A stretch of 64,000 bases of DNA from Heterodontus francisci (taxonomy: Eukaryota): NCBI RefSeq assembly GCF_036365525.1, contig NC_090399.1:50190430-50254429 (forward strand), in the 5' to 3' direction. The notes under the pieces are model-generated. The model made no database searches and was not told the origin of the DNA. It saw only the letters and a list, made by a program, of their open reading frames with translations. A program made the position numbers and the translations under genes. Of this stretch, positions 20,501 through 35,500 are shown one piece after another (position 1 is the first letter of the stretch; each line of letters begins with the position of its first letter).

Positions 20501-23500
20501 TGGGGGGTTGGAGTCACAGTCTGATCAGAGGGGAAAGGGGATCCATATCAGATAGAAATGGGGGGTTGGAGTCACAGTCCGATCAGTGGGGAAAGGGGAT
20601 CCTGTATCAGATAGAAATGGGGGTTAGAGTCACAGTCTGATCAGGGGGGAAAGGGGATCCTGTATCGGATAGAAATGGGTTTAGACTCACAGTCCGATCA
20701 GAGGGGAAAGGGGATCCAGTATGAGATAGAAATGGGGGGTTGGAGTCACAGTCTGATCAGAGGGGAAAGGGGATCCATATCAGATAGAAATGGGGGGTTG
20801 GAGTCACAGTCCGATCAGGGGGGAGAGGGGATCCAGTAGCAGATAGAAATGGGGGGTTAGAGTCACAGTCTGATCAGAGGGGAAAGGGGATCCATATCAG
20901 ATAGAAATGGGGGGTTGGAGTCACAGTCCGATCAGGGGTGAAAGGGGATCCAGTATCAGATAGAAATGGGGGTGAGAGTCACAGTCTGATCAGAGGGGAA
21001 AGGGGATCCAGTATCAGATAGAAATGGGGGGTGAGAGTCACAGTCTGAGCAGGGGGGAAAGGGGATCCTGTAGCAGATAGAAATGGGGGTCAGAGTCACA
21101 GACTGATCAGAGGGGAAAGGGGATCCAGTATCAGATAGAAATGGGGGGTTAGAGTCACAGACTGATCAGAGGGGAAAGGGGATACTTTATCAGATAGAAA
21201 TTGGGGTTGGAGTCACAGTCTGATCAGAGGGGAAAGGGGATCGAGTATCAGATAGAAATGGGGGTTAGAGTCACAGTCTGATCAGAGGGGAAAAAGGATC
21301 CTGTATCAGATAGAAATGGGGGTTAGAGTCACAGTCTGATCAGGGGGGAAAGGGGATCCTGTATCGGATAGAAATGGGTTTAGACTCACAGTCCGATCAA
21401 AGGGGAAAGGGGATCCAGTATGAGATAGAAATGGGGGGTTGGAGTCACAGTCTGATCAGAGGGGAAAGGGGATCCATATCAGATAGAAATGGGGGGTTGG
21501 AGTCACAGTCCGATCAGGGGGGAGAGGGGATCCAGTAGCAGATAGAAATGGGGGGTTAGAGTCACAGTCTGATCAGAGGGGAAAGGGGATCCATATCAGA
21601 TAGAAATGGGGGGTTGGAGTCACAGTCCGATCAGGGGTGAAAGGGGATCCAGTATCAGATAGAAATGGGGGTTACAGTCACAGTCTGATCAAAGGGGAAT
21701 GGGGATACTTTATCAGATAGAAATGGGGGTTGGAGTCACAGTCTGATCAGAGGGGAAAGGGGATCGAGTATCAGATAGAAATGGGGGTTAGAGTCACAGT
21801 GTGATCAGGGGGGAAAGGGGATCCAGTATCGGATAGAATTGGGTTTAGACTCACAGTCCGATCAGAGGGGAAAGGAGATCCTCTATCAGATAGAAATGGG
21901 GGTTAGAGTCACAGTGGGATCAGGGGGGAAAGGGGATCCAGTATCAGATAGAAATGGGGGGTTGGAGTCACAGTCTGATCAGAGGGGAAAGGGGATCCAG
22001 TATCAGATAGAAATGGGGGGTTGGAGTCACAGTCCGATCAGGGGGGAAAGGGGATCCAGTAGCAGATAGAAATGGGGGTTAGAGTCACAGTCTGATCAGA
22101 GGGGAAAGGGGATCCTGTATCAGATAGAAATGGGGGTTAGAGTCACAGAATGATCAGGGGGGAACGGGGATCCAGTATCAGATAGAAATGGGGGTTACAG
22201 TCACAGTCTGATCAAAGGGGAAAGGGGATACTTTATCAGATAGAAATTGGGGTTGGAGTCACAGTCTGATCAGAGGGGAAAGGGGATCGAGTATCAGATA
22301 GAAATGGGGGTTAGAGTCACAGTCTGATCAGAGGGGAAAAAGGATCCTGTATCAGATAGAAATGGGGGTTAGAGTCACAGTCTGATCAGGGGGGAAAGGG
22401 GATCCTGTATCGGATAGAAATGGGTTTAGACTCACAGTCCGATCAGAGGGGAAAGGGGATCCAGTATGAGATAGAAATGGGGGGTTGGAGTCACAGTCCG
22501 ATCAGTGGGGAAAGGGGATCCTGTATCAGATAGAAATGGGGGTTAGAGTCACAGTATGATCAGAGGGGAAAGGGGATCCAGTATCAGATAGAAATGGGGG
22601 TTAGAGTCACAGTCTGATCAGAGGGGAAAGGGGATCCTGTATCAGATAGAAATGGGGGTTAGAGTCACAGAATGATCAGGGGGGAACGGGGATCCAGTAT
22701 CAGATAGAAATGGGGGTTACAGTCACAGTCTGATCAAAGGGGAAAGGGGATACTTTATCAGATAGAAATTGGGGTTGGAGTCACAGTCTGATCAGAGCGG
22801 AAAGGGGATCGAGTATCAGATAGAAATGGGGGTTAGAGTCACAGTCTGATCAGAGGGGAAAAAGGATCCTGTATCAGATAGAAATGGGGGTTAGAGTCAC
22901 AGTCTGATCAGGGGGGAAAGGGGATCCTGTATCGGATAGAAATGGGTTTAGACTCACAGTCCGATCAGAGGGGAAAGGGGATCCAGTATGAGATAGAAAT
23001 GGGGGGTTGGAGTCACAGTCTGATCAGAGGGGAAAGGGGATCCATATCAGATAGAAATGGGGGGTTGGAGTCACAGTCCGATCAGGGGGGAGAGGGGATC
23101 CAGTAGCAGATAGAAATGGGGGGTTAGAGTCACAGTCTGATCAGAGGGGAAAGGGGATCCATATCAGATAGAAATGGGGGGTTGGAGTCACAGTCCGATC
23201 AGGGGTGAAAGGGGATCCAGTATCAGATAGAAATGGGGGTTAGAGTCACAGACTGATCAGGGGGGAAAGGGGATCCTGTATCAGATAGAAATGGGGGTGA
23301 GAGTCACAGTCTGATCAGAGGGGAAAGGGGATCCAGTATCAGATAGAAATGGGGGGTGAGAGTCACAGTCTGAGCAGGGGGGAAAGGGGATCCTGTAGCA
23401 GATAGAAATGGGGGTTAGAGTCACAGACTGATCAGAGGGGAAAGGGGATCCAGTATCAGATAGAAATGGGGGGTTAGAGTCACAGTCTGATCAGAGGGGA

Positions 23501-26500
23501 AAGGGGATCGAGTATCAGATAGAAATGGGGGTTAGAGTCACAGTCTGATCAGAGGGGAAAAAGGATCCTGTATCAGATAGAAATGGGGGTTAGAGTCACA
23601 GTCTGATCAGGGGGGAAAGGGGATCCTGTATCGGATAGAAATGGGTTTAGACTCACAGTCCGATCAGAGGGGAAAGGGGATCCAGTATGAGATAGAAATG
23701 GGGGGTTGGAGTCACAGTCTGATCAGAGGGGAAAGGGGATCCATATCAGATAGAAATGGGGGGTTGGAGTCACAGTCCGATCAGGGGGGAGAGGGGATCC
23801 AGTAGCAGATAGAAATGGGGGGTTAGAGTCACAGTCTGATCAGAGGGGAAAGGGGATCCATATCAGATAGAAATGGGGGGTTGGAGTCACAGTCCGATCA
23901 GGGGTGAAAGGGGATCCAGTATCAGATAGAAATGGGGGTTACAGTCACAGTCTGATCAAAGGGGAATGGGGATACTTTATCAGATAGAAATGGGGGTTGG
24001 AGTCACAGTCTGATCAGAGGGGAAAGGGGATCGAGTATCAGATAGAAATGGGGGTTAGAGTCACAGTGTGATCAGGGGGGAAAGGGGATCCAGTATCGGA
24101 TAGAATTGGGTTTAGACTCACAGTCCGATCAGAGGGGAAAGGAGATCCTCTATCAGATAGAAATGGGGGTTAGAGTCACAGTGGGATCAGGGGGGAAAGG
24201 GGATCCAGTATCAGATAGAAATGGGGGGTTGGAGTCACAGTCTGATCAGAGGGGAAAGGGGATCCAGTATCAGATAGAAATGGGGGGTTGGAGTCACAGT
24301 CCGATCAGGGGGGAAAGGGGATCCAGTAGCAGATAGAAATGGGGGTTAGAGTCACAGTCTGATCAGAGGGGAAAGGGGATCCTGTATCAGATAGAAATGG
24401 GGGTTAGAGTCACAGAATGATCAGGGGGGAACGGGGATCCAGTATCAGATAGAAATGGGGGTTACAGTCACAGTCTGATCAAAGGGGAAAGGGGATACTT
24501 TATCAGATAGAAATTGGGGTTGGAGTCACAGTCTGATCAGAGGGGAAAGGGGATCGAGTATCAGATAGAAATGGGGGTTAGAGTCACAGTCTGATCAGAG
24601 GGGAAAAAGGATCCTGTATCAGATAGAAATGGGGGTTAGAGTCACAGTCTGATCAGGGGGGAAAGGGGATCCTGTATCGGATAGAAATGGGTTTAGACTC
24701 ACAGTCCGATCAGAGGGGAAAGGGGATCCAGTATGAGATAGAAATGGGGGGTTGGAGTCACAGTCTGATCAGAGGGGAAAGGGGATCCATATCAGATAGA
24801 AATGGGGGGTTGGAGTCACAGTCCGATCAGTGGGGAAAGGGGATCCTGTATCAGATAGAAATGGGGGTTAGAGTCACAGTATGATCAGAGGGGAAAGGGG
24901 ATCCAGTATCAGATAGAAATGGGGGTTAGAGTCACAGTCTGATCAGAGGGGAAAGGGGATCCTGTATCAGATAGAAATGGGGGTTAGAGTCACAGAATGA
25001 TCAGGGGGGAACGGGGATCCAGTATCAGATAGAAATGGGGGTTACAGTCACAGTCTGATCAAAGGGGAAAGGGGATACTTTATCAGATAGAAATTGGGGT
25101 TGGAGTCACAGTCTGATCAGAGCGGAAAGGGGATCGAGTATCAGATAGAAATGGGGGTTAGAGTCACAGTCTGATCAGAGGGGAAAAAGGATCCTGTATC
25201 AGATAGAAATGGGGGTTAGAGTCACAGTCTGATCAGGGGGGAAAGGGGATCCTGTATCGGATAGAAATGGGTTTAGACTCACAGTCCGATCAGAGGGGAA
25301 AGGGGATCCAGTATGAGATAGAAATGGGGGGTTGGAGTCACAGTCTGATCAGAGGGGAAAGGGGATCCATATCAGATAGAAATGGGGGGTTGGAGTCACA
25401 GTCCGATCAGGGGGGAGAGGGGATCCAGTAGCAGATAGAAATGGGGGGTTAGAGTCACAGTCTGATCAGAGGGGAAAGGGGATCCATATCAGATAGAAAT
25501 GGGGGGTTGGAGTCACAGTCCGATCAGGGGTGAAAGGGGATCCAGTATCAGATAGAAATGGGGGTTAGAGTCACAGACTGATCAGGGGGGAAAGGGGATC
25601 CTGTATCAGATAGAAATGGGGGTGAGAGTCACAGTCTGATCAGAGGGGAAAGGGGATCCAGTATCAGATAGAAATGGGGGGTGAGAGTCACAGTCTGAGC
25701 AGGGGGGAAAGGGGATCCTGTAGCAGATAGAAATGGGGGTTAGAGTCACAGACTGATCAGAGGGGAAAGGGGATCCAGTATCAGATAGAAATGGGGGGTT
25801 AGAGTCACAGACTGATCAGGGGGGAAAGGGGATACTTTATCAGATAGAAATTGGGGTTGGAGTCACAGTCTGATCAGAGGGGAAAGGGGATCGAGTATCA
25901 GATAGAAATGGGGGTTAGAGTCACAGTCTGATCAGAGGGGAAAAAGGATCCTGTATCAGATAGAAATGGGGGTTAGAGTCACAGTCTGATCAGGGGGGAA
26001 AGGGGATCCTGTATCGGATAGAAATGGGTTTAGACTCACAGTCCGATCAGAGGGGAAAGGGGATCCAGTATGAGATAGAAATGGGGGGTTGGAGTCACAG
26101 TCTGATCAGAGGGGAAAGGGGATCCATATCAGATAGAAATGGGGGGTTGGAGTCAAAGTCCGATCAGGGGGGAGAGGGGATCCAGTAGCAGATAGAAATG
26201 GGGGGTTAGAGTCACAGTCTGATCAGAGGGGAAAGGGGATCCATATCAGATAGAAATGGGGGGTTGGAGTCACAGTCCGATCAGGGGTGAAAGGGGATCC
26301 AGTATCAGATAGAAATGGGGGTTAGAGTCACAGACTGATCAGGGGGGAAAGGGGATCCTGTATCAGATAGAAATGGGGGTGAGAGTCACAGTCTGATCAG
26401 AGGGGAAAGGGGATCCAGTATCAGATAGAAATGGGGGGTGAGAGTCACAGTCTGAGCAGGGGGGAAAGGGGATCCTGTAGCAGATAGAAATGGGGGTTAG

Positions 26501-29500
26501 AGTCACAGACTGATCAGAGGGGAAAGGGGATCCAGTATCAGATCGAAATGGGGGTTAGAGTCACAGACTGATCAGGGGGGAAAGGGGATCCTGTATCAGA
26601 TAGAAATGGGGGTGAGAGTCACAGTCTGATCAGAGGGGAAAGGGGATCCTGTATCAGATAGAAATGGGGGTTAGAGTCACAGTCCGATCAGGGGGGAAAG
26701 GGGATCCAGTAGCAGATAGAAATGGGGGTTAGAGTCACAGACTGATCAGAGGGGAAAGGGGATCCAGTCTCAGATAGAAATGGGGGGTTAGAGTCACAGT
26801 CTGATCAGGGGGGAAAGGGGATCCTGTATCAGATAGAAATGGGGGTTAGAGTCACAGTCTGATCAGAGGGGAAAGGGGATCCTGTATCAGATAGAAATGG
26901 GGGTTAGAGTCACAGTCTGATCAGAGGGGAAAGGGGATATCTTATCAGATAGAAATGGGGGGTTGGAATCACAGAATGATCAGAGGGGAAAGGGGTCCAG
27001 TTTCAGATAGAAATGGGGGGTTGGAGTCACAGTCTGATCAGAGGGGAAAGGGGATCTAGTATGAGATAGAAATGGGGGTTCGAGACACAATCTGATCAGA
27101 GGGGAAAAAAGATCCCGTATCAGATAGAAATGGGGGTTAGAGTCACAGTCTGATCAGGGGGGAAAGGGGTTCCTGTTTCGGATAGAAATGGGGGTTAGAG
27201 TCACAGTCCGATCAGAGGGGAAAGGGGATCCAGTATCAGATAGAAATGGGGGTTAAAGTCACAGTCTGATCAGGGGGGAAACGGGATCCAGGAGCCGATA
27301 GAAATGGGGGTTAGAGTCACAGTCTGATCAGAGGGGAAAGGGGATCCAGTATCAGATAGAAATGTGGGTTAAAGTCACAGTCTGATCAGAGGGGAGAGGG
27401 GATCCAGTATCAGATAGAAATGGGGGTTCGAGTCACAGTCTGATCAGAGGGGAAAGGGGATCTGGTATCAGATAGAAATGGGGATTAGAGTCACAGTCTG
27501 ATCAGAGGGGAAAGGGGATCTGGTATCAGGTAGAAATGGGGGTTCGTGTCACAGTCCGATCAGAGGTGAAATGAGATCCAGTATCAGATAGAAATGGGGG
27601 GGTTAGTGTCACAGTCCGATCAGAGGGGAAATGGGATCCAGTATCAGATAGAAATGGGGGGGTTAGTGTCACAATCTGATCAGAGGGGAAAGGGGATCCA
27701 GTATCAGATAGAAATGGATGTTAGGGTCACAGTCCGATGAGAGGGGAAAGGGGGTCCAGTATCAGATAGAAATGGGGATTCGAGTCACAGTCTGTTCAGA
27801 GGGGAAAGGGGATCAAGTATCACATAGAAATCGGGGGTTTGAGTCACAGTCTGCTCAGAGGGGAAAGGGGATTGAGTATTAGATAGAAAATGAGGGTTAG
27901 AGTCACAGTCCGATCAGAGGGGAAATGGGATTGAGTATTAGATAGAAATGGGGGGTGAGAGTCAAAGTCTGATCAGAGGGGAAAGGGGATCCAGTATCAG
28001 GTAGAAATGGGTGGTTAGAGTCAAAGTCTGATCAGAGGGGAAAGGGGATCGAGTATTAGATAGAAATGGGGGGTTAGAGTCACAGTCTGATCAGAGGGGA
28101 AAGGGGATCCAGTATCAGGTAGAAATGGGTGGTTAGAGTCAAAGTCTGATCAGAGGGGAAAGGGGATCGAGTATCAGATTGAAATGGGGGTTAGAGTCGC
28201 CGTCCGATCAGAAGGGAAAGGGGATCCAGTATCAGGTAGAAATGGGTGGTTAGAGTCAAAGTCTGATCAGAGGGGAAAGGGGATCCAGTATCAGATAGAA
28301 ATGGGGGTTAGAGTCACAGACTGATCAGAGGGGAAAGGAGATCCAGTATCAGATAGAAATGGGGGTTAGTGTCACAGTCTGATGAGAACGGAAAGGGGAT
28401 CGAGTATCAGATAGAAATGGGTGGTTAGAGTCACAGTCTGAACAGAGGGGAAAGTGGATCCAGTATCAGATAGAAATTGGGGTTAGAGTCACAGTCTGAA
28501 CAGAGGGGAAAGTGGATCCAGTATCAGATAGAAATGGGGGTTAGAGTCACAATCTGATCAGAGGGGAAAGGGGATCAAGTATCACATAGAAATCGGGGTT
28601 TCGAGTCACAGTCTGATCAGAGGGGATAGGGGATCCAGTATCAGATCGAAATGGGGGGTTAGAGTCACAATCTGATCAGAGGGGAAAGGGGATCAAGTAT
28701 CACATAGAAATCGGGGTTTCGAGTCACAGTCTGATCAGAGGGGATAGGGGATCCAGTATCAGATAGAAATGGGGGGTTAGAGTCACAGTCTGATCAGAGG
28801 GGAAATGGGATCCTGTATCAGATAGAAATGGGGGTTAGAGTCACAGTCTGATCAGAGGGGAAAGGGGATCCAGTATCAGATAGAAATGGGGGTTAGAGTC
28901 ACAGTCTGATCAGAGGGGAAAGGGGATCTGGTATCAGGTAGAAATGGGGGTTCGTGTCACAGTCCGATCAGAGGGGAAATGGGATCTGGTATCAGGTAGA
29001 AATGGGGGTTCGTGTCACAGACTGATCAGAGGGGAAAGGGGATCTGGTATCAGGTAGAAATGGGGGTTCGTGTCACAGTCTGAACAGAGGGGAAAGGGGT
29101 TCCAGTTTCAGATAGAAATGGGGGTTCGAGTCACAGTCTGATCAGAGGGGAAAGGGGATCCAGTATCAGATAGAAATGGGGGGTTGGAGTCACAGTCCGA
29201 TCAGGGGGGAAAGGGGATCCAGTAGCAGATAGAAATGGGGATTAGAGTCACAGTCTGATCAGAGGGGAAAGAGGATCTGGTATCAGGTAGAAATTGGGGT
29301 TCGTGTCACAGTCCGATCAGAGGGGAAAGGAGATCCTGTATCAGATAGAAATGGGGGTTAGAGTCACAGTGGGATCAGGGGGGAAAGGGGATCCAGTATC
29401 AGATAGAAATGGGGGGTTGGAGTCACAGTCTGATCAGAGGGGAAAGGGGATCCAGTATCAGATAGAAATGGGGGGTTGGAGTCACAGTCCGATCAGGGGG

Positions 29501-32500
29501 GAAAGGGGATCCAGTAGCAGATAGAAATGGGGGGTAGAGTCACAGTCTGATCAGCGGGGAAAGGGGATCCTGTATCAGATAGAAATGGGGGTTAGAGTCA
29601 CAGTATGATCAGAGGGGAAAGGGGATCCAGTATCAGATAGAAATGGGGGTTAGAGTCACAGTCTGATCAGAGGGGAAAGGGGATCCTGTATCAGATAGAA
29701 ATGGGGGTTAGAGTCACAGAATGATCAGGGGGGAAAGGGGATCCAGTATCAGATAGCAATGGGGGTTACAGTCACAGTCTGATCAAAGGGGAAAGGGGAT
29801 ACTTTATCAGATAGAAATTGGGGTTGGAGTCACAGTCTGATCAGAGGGGAAAGGGGATCGAGTATCAGATAGAAATGGGGGTTAGAGTCACAGTCTGATC
29901 AGAGGGGAAAAAGGATCCTGTATCAGATAGAAATGGGGGTTAGAGTCACAGTCTGATCAGGGGGGAAAGGGGATCCTGTATCGGATAGAAATGGGTTTAG
30001 ACTCACAGTCCGATCAGAGGGGAAAGGGGATCCAGTATGAGATAGAAATGGGGGGTTGGAGTCACAGTCTGATCAGAGGGGAAAGGGTATCCATATCAGA
30101 TAGAAATGGGGGGTTGGAGTCACAGTCCGATCAGGGGGGAAAGGGGATCCAGTAGCAGATAGAAATGGGGGCTAGAGTCACAGTCTGATCAGAGGGGAAA
30201 GGGGATCCAGTAGCAGATAGAAATGGGGGGTTAGAGTCACAGTCTGATCAGGGGGGAAAGGGGATCCAGTATCAGATAGAAATGGGGGTTAGAGTCACAG
30301 TCTGATCAGAGGGGAAAGGGGATCCAGTATCAGATAGAAATGGGGGTTAGAGTCACAGTCTGATCAGAGGGGAAAGGGGATCTGGTATCAGGTAGAAATG
30401 GGGGTTCGTGTCACAGTCCGATCAGAGGGGAAATGGGATCTGGTATCAGGTAGAAATGGGGGTTCGTGTCACAGTCTGAACAGAGGGGAAAGGGGTTCCA
30501 GTTTCAGATAGAAATGGGGGTTCGAGTCACAGTCTGATCAGAGGGGAAAGGGGATCCAGTATCAGATAGAAATGGAGGGTTGGAGTCACAGTCCGATCAG
30601 GGGGGAAAGGGGATCCAGTAGCAGATAGAAATGGGGATTAGAGTCACAGTCTGATCAGAGGGCAAAGAGGATCTGGTATCAGGTAGAAATTGGGGTTCGT
30701 GTCACAGTCCGATCAGAGGGGAAAGGAGATACTGTATCAGATAGAAATGAGGGTTAGAGTCACAGTGGGATCAGGGGGGAAAGGGGATCCAGTATCAGAT
30801 AGAAATGGGGGGTTGGAGTCACAGTCTGATCAGAGGGGAAAGGGGATCCAGTATCAGATAGAAATGGGGGGTTGGAGTCACAGTCCGATCAGGGGGGAAA
30901 GGGGATCCAGTAGCAGATAGAAATGGGGGGTAGAGTCACAGTCTGATCAGCGGGGAAAGGGGATCCTGTATCAGATAGAAATGGGGGTTAGAGTCACAGT
31001 ATGATCAGAGGGGAAAGGGGATCCAGTATCAGATAGAAATGGGGGTTAGAGTCACAGTCTGATCAGAGGGGAAAGGGGATCCTGTATCAGATAGAAATGG
31101 GGGTCAGAGTCACAGAATGATCAGGGGGGAAAGGGGATCCAGTATCAGATAGCAATGGGGGTTACAGTCACAGTCTGATCAGAGGGGAAAGGGGATCGAG
31201 TATCAGATAGAAATGGGGGTTAGAGTCACAGTCTGATCAGAGGGGAAAAAGGATCCTGTATCAGATAGAAATGGGGGTTAGAGTCACAGTATGATCAGAG
31301 GGGAAAGGGGATCCAGTATCAGATAGAAATGGGGGTTAGAGTCACAGTCTGATCAGAGGGGAAAGGGGATCCTGTATCAGATAGAAATGGGGGTCAGAGT
31401 CACAGAATGATCAGGGGGGAAAGGGGATACTTTATCAGATAGAAATTGGGGTTGGAGTCACAGTCTGATCAGAGGGGAAAGGGGATCGAGTATCAGATAG
31501 AAATGGGGGTTAGAGTCACAGTCTGATCAGAGGGGAAAAAGGATCCTGTATCAGATAGAAATGGGGGTTAGAGTCACAGTCTGATCAGGGGGGAAAGGGG
31601 ATCCGGTATCGGATAGAAATGGGTTTAGACTCACAGTCTGATCAGAGGGGAAAGGGGATCCATATCAGATAGAAATGGGGGGTTGGAGTCACAGTCCGAT
31701 CAGGGGGGAGAGGGGATCCAGTAGCAGATAGAAATGGGGGGTTAGAGTCACAGTCTGATCAGAGGGGAAAGGGGATCCAGTAGCAGATAGAAATGGGGGG
31801 TTAGAGTCACAGTCTGATCAGAGGGGAAAGGGGATTCATATCAGATAGAAATGGGGGGTTGGAGTCACAGTCCGATCAGGGGGGAAAGGGGATCCAGTAT
31901 CAGATAGAAATGGGGGTTAGAGTCACAGACTGATCAGGGGGGAAAGGGGATCCTGTATCAGATAGAAATGGGGGTTAGAGTCACAGTCTGATCAGAGGGG
32001 AAAGGGGATCCAGTATCAGATAGAAATGGGGGGTGAGAGTCACAGTCTGAGCAGGGAGGAAAGGGGATCCTGTATCAGATAGAAATGGGGGTTAGAGTCA
32101 CAGTCCGATCAGGGGGGAAAGGGGATCCAGTAGCAGATAGAAATGGGGGTTAGAGTCACAGACTGATCAGAGGGGAAAGGGGATCCAGTATCAGATAGAA
32201 ATGGGGGGTTAGAGTCACAGTCTGATCAGGGGGGAAAGGGGATCCTGTATCAGATAGAAATGGGGGTTAGAGTCACAGTCTGATCAGAGGGGAAAGGGGA
32301 TCCTGTATCAGATAGAAATGGGGGTTAGAGTCACAGTCTGATCAGAGGGGAAAGGGGATACTTTATCAGATAGAAATGGGGGGTTGGAATCACAGAATGA
32401 TCAGAGGGGAAAGGGGTCCAGTTTCAGATAGAAATGGGGGGTTGGAGTCACAGTCTGATCAGAGGGGAAAGGGGATCTAGTATGAGATAGAAATGGGGGT

Positions 32501-35500
32501 TCGAGACACAATCTGATCAGAGGGGAAAAAGATCCCGTATCAGATAGAAATGGGGGTTAGAGTCACAGTCTGATCAGGGGGGAAAGGGGTTCCTGTTTCG
32601 GATAGAAATGGGGGTTAGAGTCACAGTCCGATCAGAGGGGAAAGGGGATCCAGTATCAGATAGAAATGGGGGTTAAAGTCACAGTCTGATCAGGGGGGGA
32701 AACGGGATCCAGTATCCGATAGAAATGGGGGTTAGAGTCACAGTCTGATCAGAGGGGAAAGGGGATCCAGTATCAGATAGAAATGTGGGTTAAAGTCACA
32801 GTCTGATCAGAGGGGAGAGGGGATCCAGTATCAGATAGAAATGGGGGTTCGAGTCACAGTCTGATCAGAGGGGAAAGGGGATCTGGTATCAGATAGAAAT
32901 GGGGATTAGAGTCACAGTCTGATCAGAGGGGAAAGGGGATCTGGTATCAGGTAGAAATGGGGGTTCGTGTCACAGTCCGATCAGAGGTGAAATGGGATCC
33001 AGTATCAGATAGAAATGGGGGGGTTAGTGTCACAATCTGATCAGAGGGGAAAGGGGATCAAGTATCACATAGAAATCGGGGTTTCGAGTCACAGTCTGAT
33101 CAGAGGGGATAGGGGATCCAGTATCAGATCGAAATGGGGGGGTTAGAGTCACAATCTGATCAGAGGGGAAAGGGGATCAAGTATCACATAGAAATCGGGG
33201 TTTCGAGTCACAGTCTGATCAGAGGGGATAGGGGATCCAGTATCAGATAGAAATGGGGGGTTAGAGTCACAGTCTGATCAGAGGGGAAAGGGGATCCATA
33301 TCAGATAGAAATGGGGGGTTGGAGTCACAGTCCGATCAGGGGTGAAAGGGGATCCAGTATCAGATAGAAATGGGGGTTAGAGTCACAGACTGATCAGGGG
33401 GGAAAGGGGATCCTGTATCAGATAGAAATGGGGGTGAGAGTCACAGTCTGATCAGAGGGGAAAGGGGATCCAGTATCAGATAGAAATGGGGGGTGAGAGT
33501 CACAGTCTGAGCAGGGGGGAAAGGGGATCCTGTAGCAGATAGAAATGGGGGTTAGAGTCACAGACTGATCAGAGGGGAAAGGGGATCCAGTATCAGATAG
33601 AAATGGGGGTTAGAGTCACAGACTGATCAGGGGGGAAAGGGGATCCTGTATCAGATAGAAATGGGGGTGAGAGTCACAGTCTGATCAGAGGGGAAAGGGG
33701 ATCCAGTATCAGATAGAAATGGGGGTTAGAGTCACAGTCCGATCAGGGGGGAAAGGGGATCCAGTAGCAGATAGAAATGGGGGTTAGAGTCACAGACTGA
33801 TCAGAGGGGAAAGGGGATCCAGTATCAGATAGAAATGGGGGGTTAGAGTCACAGTCTGATCAGGGGGGAAAGGGGATCCTGTATCAGATAGAAATGGGGG
33901 TTAGAGTCACAGTCTGATCAGAGGGGAAAGGGGATCCTGTATCAGATAGAAATGGGGGTTAGAGTCACAGTCTGATCAGAGGGGAAAGGGGATACTTTAT
34001 CAGATAGAAATGGGGGGTTGGAATCACAGAATGATCAGAGGGGAAAGGGGTCCAGTTTCAGATAGAAATGGGGGGTTGGAGTCACAGTCTGATCAGAGGG
34101 GAAAGGGGATCTAGTATGAGATAGAAATGGGGGTTCGAGACACAATCTGATCAGAGGGGAAAAAAGATCCCGTATCAGATAGAAATGGGGGTTAGAGTCA
34201 CAGTCTGATCAGAGGGGAAAGGGGATCCAGTATCAGATAGAAATGGGGGTTAAAGTCACAGTCTGATCAGGGGGGAAACGGGATCCAGGAGCCGATAGAA
34301 ATGGGGGTTAGAGTCACAGTCTGATCAGAGGGGAAAGGGGATCCAGTATCAGATAGAAATGGGGGTTAAAGTCACAGTCTGATCAGGGGGGAAACGGGAT
34401 CCAGGAGCCGATAGAAATGGGGGTTAGAGTCACAGTCTGATCAGAGGGGAAAGGGGATCCAGTATCAGATAGAAATGTGGGTTAAAGTCACAGTCTGATC
34501 AGAGGGGAGAGGGGATCCAGTATCAGATAGAAATGGGGGTTCGAGTCACAGTCTGATCAGAGGGGAAAGGGGATCTGGTATCAGATAGAAATGGGGATTA
34601 GAGTCACAGTCTGATCAGAGGGGAAAGGGGATCTGGTATCAGGTAGAAATGGGGGTTCGTGTCACAGTCCGATCAGAGGTGAAATGGGATCCAGTATCAG
34701 ATAGAAATGGGGGGGTTAGTGTCACAGTCCGATCAGAGGGGAAATGGGATCCAGTATCAGATAGAAATGGGGGGTGAGAGTCACAGTCTGAGCAGGGGGG
34801 AAAGGGGATCCTGTAGCAGATAGAAATGGGGGTTAGAGTCACAGACTGATCAGAGGGGAAAGGGGATCCAGTATCAGATAGAAATGGGGGTTAGTGTCAC
34901 AGACTGATCAGGGGGGAAAGGGGATCCTGTATCAGATAGAAATGGGGGTGAGAGTCACAGTCTGATCAGAGGGGAAAGGGGATCCAGTATCAGATAGAAA
35001 TGGGGGTTAGAGTCACAGTCCGATCAGGGGGGAAAGGGGATCCAGTAGCAGATAGAAATGGGGGTTAGAGTCACAGACTGATCAGAGGGGAAAGGGGATC
35101 CAGTATCAGATAGAAATGGGGGGTTAGAGTCACAGTCTGATCAGGGGGGAAAGGGGATCCTGTATCAGATAGAAATGGGGGTTAGAGTCACAGTCTGATC
35201 AGAGGGGAAAGGGGATCCTGTATCAGATAGAAATGGGGGTTAGAGTCACAGTCTGATCAGAGGGGAAAGGGGATCTGGTATCAGATAGAAATGGGGGGTT
35301 GGAATCACAGAATGATCAGAGGGGAAAGGGGTCCAGTTTCAGATAGAAATGGGGGGTTGGAGTCACAGTCTGATCAGAGGGGAAAGGGGATCTAGTATGA
35401 GATAGAAATGGGGGTTCGAGACACAATCTGATCAGAGGGGAAAAAAGATCCCGTATCAGATAGAAATGGGGGTTAGAGTCACAGTCTGATCAGGGGGGAA

